From NCBI GenBank assembly GCA_052327205.1, contig CM126220.1:10974001-11038000 (forward strand): DNA of 64,000 nucleotides, read 5' to 3'. Both the position numbers and the translations under genes were made by a program. Positions within the stretch are counted from its first letter, which is position 1. The number at the start of each line of letters is the position of its first letter. Of the stretch, positions 52,124 through 62,458 are shown piece after piece. The notes under the pieces are model-generated. The model ran no database searches, had not been told where the DNA came from, and saw nothing but the letters and a program-made list of their open reading frames with translations. This DNA comes from Somniosus microcephalus (taxonomy: Eukaryota).

Positions 52124-52255
52124 GGCTGGATTGCAACTGAACTCCGTGCAACTTTGTTGCACTGATGTTGTAATAGCCACGGTGCCTTTGAGTGGTGGGC
52201 CGTGTGCGGGTCGTACCATTCGTGGTCCAGTCGGCGCTTTAAGCCTAACCAACTC
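52124..52255 (+). ncRNA. HDV-like fold, unit 3 (variant)
   Basis: P1 GGCTGG(52124-29)/CCAGTC(52227-32); P3 ACC/GGT; L3 ATTCGT; GG; P4 GCT-TTA-AGC; J4/2 C52245-TAA; imperfect P2 GGGTCG/CAACTC. Confidence 0.65.
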
Positions 52256-52838
52256 AAAAATAACTCAAATATTGGTTGGCGGCAACCATTTCCCCCCCGT
52301 AGGAGGGGTCAAGGAAAAAATTCATTTGACTCGTTGGAGTCAACTGTGAAGAGGCTTCAGTCAATTGCCTCAAGATTCAGTTTGGTCCTACCCGGCTGAA
52401 AGTTCCGCCACTTACAGCTTAATAGGCGTGAATAATGTCACATACCCTGGTACCAACCTAGGACTATCGAATCGGTGTCAAAGGCCAGTCAACGCCGTCT
52501 ACGCCTGGCACAGCGACCCCGGGACGCTCGTTCCAAAGTTGATGATATCGATTAGGGCAGAGGATTGACACCGCTTACTTTGTTAAAGTGTCTGTCAAAT
52601 CCAATGACTGCCCGAGAATCAACTGCCGGAGCCCCACGGGATGGGTATGGCAACCAAATTTACACATCAGATGATGAGGGATGACCATCATACTGAACGG
52701 TACTGGCTCAGTTCACTTACCTTGGTGGAGGCTTTCACGGTTGGTAGACTTGTATGGCCGTCGCAAGATCAGCCCAGTCCTTATAAGATCCTGGTTTTGC
52801 CGGCCACTTTGGTTGTGGTTAGCTGATGGACTTTTGCT

Positions 52839-52913
52839 ACGTGGACGAGCCACGTTAAGACTCAAAACGGACACTCACTTAATGGGGCTTCGGCCCCACG
52901 AGTGTGACAAAAA
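52839..52913 (+). other. R2-type 3' RNA module (pseudoknot + terminal stem-loop + short A tail)
   Basis: ACGTGG-ACGAG-CCACGT hairpin whose loop GAG can pair with CTC (52861-63); AAAA linker; ACACTC/GAGTGT stem enclosing TGGGGC-TTCG-GCCCCA; AAAAA. Confidence 0.75.
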
Positions 52914-54179
52914 TAGTCACTAATAAATCCAATAAATAATTCAGAAGAAACTTCTTTACCCAGAGAGTGGTGAGAATGTGGAACTTGCTACTACAGGTAG
53001 TGGTTGAGGTGAATAGCATAGATGCATTTAAAAGGAAGCTAGATAACTACATGAGGGAGAAAGGAATAGAAGGATATGCAGATAGGATTTGATGAAGAGG
53101 GGTGGGAAGAGGCTCGTGTGGAGCAGAAACACCGGCATAAAGACCTGTTGGACTGAATGGCCTGTTTCTGTGCTGTACATTCTATGTAATTAGCCGGACT
53201 TGGATCAAAAATATGTATGTGTAATGTATTTCAATACTCCACCAAACCATTGATTTCAATTGCCATTGTCAGAGATTTTTTACCCATTACCCTGAAGATC
53301 CACAGGGAGGGATGTATAGGGGAGAAAAGTACCTAAGAGCTCAGAGACAAATAGAAAACTAAGTGATGGGCTGGCGGGAGTGATAACAATTTACTATATT
53401 TTTTCTTGCTCAACACTGATGAAAGTCAGACAAATGGAATACATCGGGTAACAGAAATAAGTTTTATTCTGCTCCCTCCCCAAGAAAAACCCTTTAAAAC
53501 TACAGTTTTTGGGTGATGTGATACTATATACTTTCAGTTTTTACATTTAGATATCCAGGATTAGAATAAAACTATCCATCAATGCTTGCACCCCTCCCAA
53601 CATCAAAACCTATTCTATTACCCTTGCACCTACTTTACTGACTTCTTTGATACTCAGTACACCTGTCCTATAACTATAGAAAAAGTAGGATGTTTACATT
53701 ATAAAAGGAAAGATTGCCTATGTGTGTGCAATAAACGTGTTGGAATTCAATTTCAAGATCCTGATGGCATTCATAAACCAAGAAGTCATCATTAAAACTC
53801 CATGTCTTGATTTATAGCTCACTGGCAAAGGCATCTATTCTATAACTACAATTCAGGCAGCTGTAATTTCAGAACTAGAGGAAGGGAAGTGAATTGACAG
53901 TTGCACAGACAGCGGTGCACAGTCCCTTTAAGAGAAAGAAGCAGTCTGTGTAATCCATCTTTCTTGAATAGATCGGTTCAGTCTGCTCGCTGGCATTACA
54001 CCCTAAGCCACCTTAGGAGGTTGAAAGCGGCAGTTGTCCAGAGCGGCTCCAAAGCTGATTTGGAGGCTTAACAGTAACAAGATTGAGATTACAATGTGCA
54101 GAGGGTATTGCTCTTCGTTCATCATGGGAATTATGGATATCAAGACCTGAGAAAATCATCTTAGCACACAGTTTGCATG

Positions 54180-54237
54180 AGGGAAGCGGCTCCGGGACCC
54201 GAGTGAGGATTGAAACTCCGTTCTTTTGCTGTGTCTC

Positions 54238-54268
<31 letters not shown>

Positions 54269-54837
54269 CCCGGACAAATGAGCAAAGCAGCTGGGCAGCG
54301 CTGAGAGCCGCTCCGGAGCCCAGCCGCACCGCGCCCGTCTCACACACAAAACACACACACACACAACGGCAGGATTCACTTCATCGGCATTTATATATTT
54401 TGGAAACAAAACCAAAGGAGTAGCGGAGAGGGAGCCCCGAGCTGCTGGCTGACTGTGTGCACCGGGCTTTGCCAAGGTCTCGGAGGAAGCGGCAGCGACG
54501 GGCTCGCTTTCTGGACTGGGCGCCGGTGCTTGGTGCGGTCGGCGGGCAAGTCAGGTTGGTTTCTCTTCGCTCTGGCCGTTTCCGATTTCGTCTGTCTTCC
54601 TCCTCCTCCCCACCCCCCTCTCTCTAGAAAGAAAAAACTGGTATTTTCTTTTTAAAAGCCCGAGAATCCGGCCATATTTTTTTTTTACCAAGACTCATGT
54701 TTTTATGTTACCGCGAAGGGAATAAACGTGCCGGATAATTGTGGATTCCTAGATGGTTCGGGATTACTGCGCTTTTGCTTCTTGGATTGTGAGATTCAGT
54801 GGTTGGTTGTATCTAGGGAAATAACTCCCCGGTGTTG
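54180..54837 (+). promoter_or_regulatory. CpG island; candidate promoter and non-coding first exon
   Basis: Non-repetitive, CpG-dense, GC-rich segment ending at a donor-like TTG|GTAAGA (54838); its ATGs open only short ORFs. Gene not identified. Confidence 0.6.
54238..54365. repeat. (TG)13 and interrupted (CA)n microsatellites in inverted arrangement
   Basis: (TG)n at 54238-54263 and (CA)n at 54341-54365. Confidence 0.85.
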
Positions 54838-57800
54838 GTAAGATACAATATATACATTTCACTTTTTTCCCTTCTAAAAAGGAAATGCCCTTGTGTGTTT
54901 TATTGCTTCCAGTGTTTATTTTTTATTGTGTACTCCTCTGTCTTTGAGATCAGTAACAAAGGGAATCCTCCCTGTTGGCTCCGTGCCTTTTCGCCAAAGT
55001 AATAGCTCTGAGCGAGGCTGGCTTTCTTTCTAATGTGTGTGTGTGGGTTTTTTTTAAACAAAAAAAATACCATTATTCCTGCTATTTAGTCAAAGGTACA
55101 CGAGCTTAACCAGCTGGTTGGCATTACTGAACAACAAAGTTAAACGTTTGGGAGCTGGCTGCATGCTCGGAGTGAAGTAGATCATAGCATGGGGAAATGA
55201 GTCCAGGAAGCCCTTTGTCAGCTCACTGAGCTGCTTTCTTATCAAATATGAATCCAATAACTTTGGACAGTTGAAAAGCTGCTGGTATAAGGAAATCAAT
55301 ATTTCCTTGTAAAATCATTGGGCTCCTTTGTTTCCTCTGGTACCTTGTTGCTGTGAATAATCATGCAGCTGTTAAACAACTCCGTGTGTCTGCTCCCTGC
55401 CAGCACATTGAGGCAGCACTGAATATGTATTTTATAACTAGAAAAGACTTGAGGCATCTGAGTTTCCTTAGACAGATATTTCCCAGTTAGATTTTCCCAT
55501 TTAACCAATTAGACGAATAACCTTTAGAATGGCAACCGTCCTGTCTTGAATTTCTTCTGACGAGCAAGAAACACCTCTACTATTTTGAATGGGTTCCTTT
55601 TTGGTTAAAAAAAAATACATGGTTGCTAATAAACTATGCATCATCAAAAATACATTTTCGTGTCTACAAATTATATGCTCACAATATTTCATTAATAATT
55701 TAGGAGAGAAGCATTCTCTAAAATTGGCTCCAAGTCCATCGATAGTATTGTTTCGGATCAATTTATTTTAAGTAGTTTTCTTCTACCTAACACTTTAAGA
55801 CCCAAGGATAGAAAGCATCCCAATAAATGAAAGATTCCCGTGCAGCAGTTCAGCATTAAAGTTTTTATTTTAGTTCTATCTTATTTCTTTCAGAATGATC
55901 TTAGATACAGCTACTGAAGAACTGGAGCAGAGCTGCATTTACAACCATAGTCATGGGACTGGCATGTTTATGTTTTAAAAGACAAAGGCTGCATATTGTA
56001 GCCTGCCCTAGAACTTTTAATCTGGTAAACTCTTGCAGTTAGTCTAACCTTTGGATAGGACACCGTACATGCAGAAAAATAACTGCATTGTCTTTTGAGT
56101 ACAACATGTCAGGAGACTTGATTGTAATATATTGTCATTTATAATCGTTGCTGGTTTTCAACCTTCTTGCCGTTGTCTCCCCAGACAGAATTTGTTGAAA
56201 CATTTTACTTCAGGAGGGAAACCAAACAACTAGGCGTTTCTAAGCTCGAACATATATTTTATTTTGGAAATACTCATTAATGCAGACTGAATGATATGTT
56301 GTCGACTGCATTTATAGCATTGGGCACTGGTGTGCCTTTGCTGTCCCAATACTGGCCAGATCAAAGCCATTGAGGTTGGTAGTAATGTTAAGAAGGTATT
56401 CTGTTGTTGGAACGATGACCTTTCCACAAAACCCACTGTTCTACCAAAGACTCTGGGGTGGGCTTTGTTGCTTTCAACACTGAAGGTCACATCATTGTGC
56501 TTCCCTGTCTCACGAGGCCTTCAGAACTGCACAAAAAGCATCCTATTATCCCAGGCTTAAAGCAGTGCCTTCTTCACCGGTGTCTGGCACGATAAGTTAA
56601 AACAGTGTTTCCTCTTGATGCAGCATTTACAAGACAAACGTTCTTATCACTCCTGATTAATTCCTGCAGAAACGGAGGAAAACAGATGAAGAGCCTGAGG
56701 CGGGTTCCCTAGAGAAGTCATTTGTATGTTGTCACATGCTCCCTTCCATTAGTATGACACCACAATGAAAGTAAAAGCTGTTCTTCATTGTGTACCTTTG
56801 CCCCAACGTGTGTTCATCTCAGCCCCTCCCCCTCTCCACTTTCTTTCCGTTGCTGAAGATTAAAATGTGTTTAATTTTAAGGGGGGTTTAAAAGTAATTT
56901 TCTGCTTCAGTCCTTTAAGATTTGTTTCCAATTAATCGAACGTTGGTGTGAACATAAAGTTAAAAGCTTCCTTTGATTTGGTGAAAGAGAAGTGTTTCTT
57001 GTTCTTTTGTGGAAAGGTGCAGATGAGACTCTCAAGCAAATTGGCCCTTCTTATTCACAGCTTACGCTGTCTTGTTATCCTACAGCTGCGTTTTGATCTT
57101 CTAGTGCCATTGTGGATTAAATTGAGTCGTCTTTTGTTACCTTTAAGTGCAGTAATTAAATCAGCTCTGCATTGGTTATGTATGGTAAATGTCACTTGTA
57201 TGCCTGCGGGCTTGCTGAAGTTGTCATTTGCCAGATGTTTTTTTCCCCAGTGCTAATGATGGAAAGAGTGGGCTCCAAAGTGGCAAAGAGCCTTCATCTT
57301 CACCTTAGGAGCGTCACACTGCTCTCAGTCCCTTTTTCATGCAAGCTCTTGTAAACCTCCTTAGTGAATTCTGCATGTGAATAATGTATCAAAAATCCTT
57401 CAGTTGGAAAAGGAAAATAGCATTTTTAATTTATTGATTGCAAAGTAAATTAGTTTTTTTTTGCTGTACTGAAAAATGTAAATCTATTCTGTCTCCCCAT
57501 CCCACCATCCCACCACCCCACCACCCCCCCCCCCCCCCCCCCAAAAAAAACATTTTTTAATACTTGTTTATGGGTGCCATGATTTTTTCAGGTAAAGTAG
57601 GTGCTTGGCAAGATGGTGTGTTGCCATTATCAGGTTGAAAGTATGGCTTACCGACTTAAGTCTTTCAGTTGAATGTTGAAGAAAATTCAGTGTTTTTTAA
57701 CCTTGCAACAGAAAATTTGTAACCCTGGCTTTATGTCAGGCCAGCACTGAAATAGTTAAACGTAGCAGTTTTATTGCAAGCACCATGAACAGATGCATCA

Positions 57801-60800
57801 GTCACCCTACTGTCATCTACTGTGCGGTCGGTGCGCTCATTTCGTGACTAATTTTGTTCACCTTCCAAGGAGGGCTTATGTTAATGTATAGAAAAGCCCA
57901 AGTACACTTACAAAGGAAGGCAAGATATAAGGTCTTGAAAAAATGGGCTTCTTCATTAGCTGTGATCTGCTGAGTTTCAGCTCACATTAGGGTAATTAAC
58001 ACAAGTGCAGATTGCTGAACATCTGTGCATTTAACTCTGTGTCAGACTCTTAAGCTCATAACACATACAGAAGCACAGCACAAAATAGATGCTGCCAGCA
58101 GTGTCCTTCCTATCGTTATACTGCACCCAGGCAGTATTAGCGCCGTTCATCAACCCCAGCCCTCAGCCACATTTGTATTCTCTTGTCAGGGGGTTGGAAG
58201 CAAAGTTCGGGCAGTTTATTTTCTAGCTTCTGCCAGTCCTGAATTATGCATGACCAATTTATCATCCCCCCAACTGAAAACTAATTGTGTCCCTAGGATA
58301 TATTTACTAGAAATTATAGTTTGCCTTGTGAAGTCCCCAGGGCGGCTGGAAGCAGATGATGTGAGGGAAGTTGAACCTTGCAGTACATGTTTGATGGCTC
58401 CAGCTAGGGCAGGGACCTTTGATAGATTTGCAACTTTTGTGTTTTAATTTGACAGAGATATTTTCCTCAGTAAACATATAAAAACTCTGCCGCAGAGGAA
58501 GGAAGGCTTTAATCTGATCAAAAGTGTCCAAAGGCAAATAGAATTGGGAATGTGTCCTGGCTAATAGAAAACCCTGTAGAGTATGTAGATAATTTGTTTA
58601 TCGGTTGGGTAGCGTTACATTTATGAAATTACTATGCTCCTGGGCAATGGAAAGTGGAGAATGAGAGATGAGGAATAAAATTGTGATGGTCTTGCTTGTA
58701 GCTGCAGGGGGACTAGGATAGCGGCTTTTGCTGATAGCACGTTCATATTTGCAGCCAGACAGGCGGCTGCGGATCATCTGCCCTTTCATTATTCGCGAAA
58801 TGGCACATTAGCGGGCACAGGTTAGCTCATCTATTCACTGATGTTCTGCATGATCAACTGCGGCCTTTATGGCTTTTTAAAATATTAAATACTGATAGCT
58901 GACTTGTCTCTGCTGCCTTTGATGCCTCCCATCAATCATGCCAGCTGCAATTTTGCACCAAAGCTCAATGAAGGCTCATGCTGACCCTGTCTGCTTTTGT
59001 GCAGCAAAGTGTGGATCCTTCTAATTACGAGCCAGAACAGCGCAGCAGGTGAGGAGGCTTGCTGAGCGTCTTAGCCCACACCTGATAAGGCTTTCTAGGA
59101 GGAAGAAGTGCTTACGCGCTTAAGCGTGCTCACCGAGATACCTAATTATCTGTAACTCTCAAGTTGTGTAAAAGGAAAAGCTGAAGGGATGAAATAAGGA
59201 ATGGTTCCCCTGCTGTGACTGTGCAGCTTTTCACAGCTGATTAGATCTGAGCACTGATAAAGCTGTTGAAAGATGCCAGGAGGTGGTATGGTTTTCCTGG
59301 GGACGCAGAAGAGTAGAGAATGGAGGCAGGGGAGCCGTATCCTAAAGAAACATGGTGGAAACATAGCGTGTTGAATCAGCTGTCCTGTGGGGAGAAAATA
59401 GAGACAAGATTAACCCATTTACTGTTTCACTTCCCTTCTGGAGACTGGTGTAATGTGATTTCTACAGGGCTAGCCTACGCACACATTCATCCCGAGCAAG
59501 GGAGGACTTCAAATGAAATTCCGTGAAGCTGAAGCAAACTGATAACACATTAAAGAAAACAGCATATCCCTTTAGCTTTGGATAAGCTGGTTTGCTTTTC
59601 ACTGCCAAGTCTTTCATTTTTTTCATGCTAGCTGTCTGAGCTACAAGGCCAAGACTGAGGGAGACTTGGATTAGCCTCTGCAGACAATGCCTGCAGGCTG
59701 ATAGCCTGGTAAGAACAGCATGAAACACAAGGCTGTTGGCTTGACTGTGCCTTTAATATAGAGGGATCCTAACAGCGACTTCAAGAAATGTGTATAAATT
59801 CTCGATGAAGCCCTTCCTTACCAATTTGGAATCCTTTCATTCTCCGAATTTAATGTTAGCAAAAATGAAGATAGGCAAGTCGAAGTAGCTCTGTGCACAC
59901 TGTACGTTAGTCTGTCTCCCTTTGTATTTTTCTTTCCTAATTTTTACTTTGTGAAAAAGCGTGATATAAATATGCATAAATTTAGATGCAAGTAATGCGA
60001 ATTAAAGCTTCAGGTTACTGTGGTTAAATGTGACAGATGTAGGTTTGGTTAAAATCTTTTTTGAACTGCATCTGTTTCATGTGCAGTTGTAACGTATTGC
60101 CTATATGAACTGAAGTAATAAACCATAGAGGGGCCGTTAACTGCAGCCTAAATGCAGGTTTACTGTGGTAGGAGAGTTCACAGCAGTGTTTACATTTAAG
60201 ATTGCTATTAATCAGATTTATTTTAACACACAAATGGGCCTCCAATAAGGAGCCTCTGCTGGATGTTTACTGCTGCAAAGCAGTTTCATTATTGCAGCAA
60301 CACACAATGTGTGGCATTACTGCAACTGCACTGTCAGCTCAGTGGTTTGTGATGGGGTGTGAGACAGCCTCTAAGAGATGGCGTTGGAACACTTAACTTC
60401 ACACTGGCTGCAGTATTAAAGCAACTGGGGCACGACTTTTAAGTATCCCAGGTTGATCTGCTTTTTGAGTTTCTCACGTCCGAAAAGAATTGTCGCCAAA
60501 GTTTGCAGTTTTCCACCATTAAAAAATCTTGCCAGCAAGGATGCATAATCCTTAGTGTGTTTAAGTAATTGAGGTCTTCGCTCCCTTGACTAGCGACAGG
60601 TGCACATTTGGCAGTATAACTGCATACTCAAAAAGCATGCGAGAGAGAGTACCTGCCTATAATGTTCGCGATCTGTTCTGCATATCATGTAGGGTTAATT
60701 TGTAATCTAATTTTCTAGCATTGAGGTGAGCCTTTTATTTGGATAGCAGTGGTCTGTATATACTGAACTTTACTTCTTATCTGCAAACTAGTTTATCAAG

Positions 60801-62408
60801 GGTGTTTTATCACATTATGGTGTTTATTTTACAAACTCTTGCTGCCCCCACCTCAGTTTACTCCATTTCCATAATTTGTGAACCATGAACCTGTATCAGG
60901 TTTGATCTACGAGCACATTAACCAGCATCAGTGGGACGTCAGTCTCGTGGTTGCAGAGAAACGGTTTCATGCTTTCCCACACTGCTGAATTATTGATTTA
61001 TATGTCAAGATAAAAAGTATTTTCCCACAGTATTGAAATTACCATTCTAGGCGGGTCACTTGACTAATTGCACAAATTAACCTGTCTAATTGCACTCGTA
61101 ACTAAGTTTTTGAAGAGATGTGCAAGCTGATACTGGTGCAGATCTGATCTTTTGGCTGCATAGCCGAATAATCATGTGAACAGAAGTGTTGTGACAGGGT
61201 CTGTTCTGTAGACAGTGCTGTTTAATGTTCAGTGGTACAAGGTTTGACTTTGTATGTTTCCTACAGTATCTTAAAACCACAAGATCCTGTGAATGTGCAC
61301 AGAAGTATTTCATTCTTACTAGGTTAGGCATTTGCCTATGATAGTGTGATTTAAAATCTACTGTCTCTTGGTTAGTATAATTTACTGACAATTACAAGGG
61401 CAATATCCTACCTTAATTCATTACCCAAATTTGCTGTGCAGATTTACTGCCCAGTAATTGCTAATGTTGCTTGACAAGTTTAAAAAAAAAAATCCACGGA
61501 GATCTGAAATGAAATACCTTCCAGAGTTGAAATCACGGCTTGGAGCAGGAGGAGAAAGCTAATTTCCCAGTGATGCTGCAAGGACAGATCCCGTCAGTCC
61601 ACAGTTATATTTGGAGAAGATATTCTTGGAAGAAGTAAAACTTCATTGAAACCATCTGCAGTCAGATAAAGCTGTTTATCAATTGGGACTTGAGAACCAA
61701 TGGTGCAATGCTTCATTGTTGTATCTGGCTTGTATGTTAAATATTAGTGAACAGTTCGGACTTCTTTTTTAAAACGGTTTTCTTTCACTCAGTACAAGCA
61801 GTATCGGCACATCATGTGTACTGAAAGATTATCTGCTGAAGATCGCTTCTTAAAATAGAAGAAGCATTTTTGTCTGTTGTTTTGAACTGGATTAAAAAGT
61901 CTGCCCAGTGAAAACAGCTGATTATTACTACAGCGGAAGACGAGGGTCATATGGAAGAATTCATGAAACCGCTTCTCTGGTCACCCAAACTAAACAGCTG
62001 CTTATTTTCTGCAACTGGCCTACTCCCTGTTTACATTGAAGACTTTAGAACCAGTATAAATCCAGTGTGTGTATTTTAGCTGGAATAGAACATGTATTTT
62101 ACATTAAATCCACTGGACTCTGATTTAGTGCCAGTAAAACTGCAATGGAAACTGACAAGTGTGTCAATAGTATTATCAAGCTCAATGGTCACACCAAGTT
62201 TGCATCATGATGGGGTTAAAGTAGTGGATTATTTGGCTAGCTACTGTATTGGGTTCTGTAATGTAAATAGAGTGGCTTATCCGCTTTCATTTCTGAGAGT
62301 GGTATGAACAGGTAGTAACAGACTACTGCCAGTCTGCGCACTGTTGAGTGGAGGAAAGCAAAGCGCCACACAAGCTTACTTAAAGCATAGGCCTGGAGTT
62401 CATTTCAG

Positions 62409-62458
62409 TGGCATCCAACTAGGGGTGATCTTTCTGGTGCCGAAGAGCTAACAATATG
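62409..62458 (+). other. Candidate 50-nt exon ending in ATG
   Basis: TTCATTTCAG| acceptor (62408) and ATG|GTAAGC donor (62459) in TE-free sequence downstream of the CpG island. Confidence 0.35.

Larger units (their letters stand above)
51561..52913 (+). mobile_element. Non-autonomous R2 retrotransposon derivative (SIDE-like), ORF-less, with three tandem HDV-like ribozyme folds
   Basis: 5' end is 28 nt of 28S rRNA up to the R2 target site; HDV-like ribozyme; R2-type 3' pseudoknot, terminal stem-loop and A5; no ORF over 111 aa and none resembling RT or RLE; precise insertion into a CR1 with no TSD. Confidence 0.88.
51397..53189 (+). mobile_element. CR1 LINE 3' fragment split by the 1.35-kb insertion (left half 51397-51560, right half 52914-53189)
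   Basis: The left part ends …CCATAAATAT and the right part resumes TAGTCACTAATAAATCC…; together they align continuously with the uninterrupted paralogue at 41659-41690 (CCATAAATATAAGAGAGTCACTAATAAATCC). Confidence 0.93.

Noticed and set aside
52839-52870. Pistol ribozyme (CGTGG-loop-CCACG-TTAA resemblance)
   Set aside because: The downstream pistol P2/P3 and conserved core are not evident; the R2 3' pseudoknot fits better given its position at the element's end.
51561-52913. Group I intron or homing-endonuclease (I-PpoI site) insertion in 28S
   Set aside because: The 28S match runs through CTCTCT-TAAGG uninterrupted, there is no downstream rRNA exon, and I found no P7 core or endonuclease ORF. 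The HDV fold and 3' module explain the sequence.
51723-52923. Short ORFs within the insertion (61-111 aa)
   Set aside because: No zinc-finger, Myb, RT or RLE motifs; expected by chance in GC-rich sequence.
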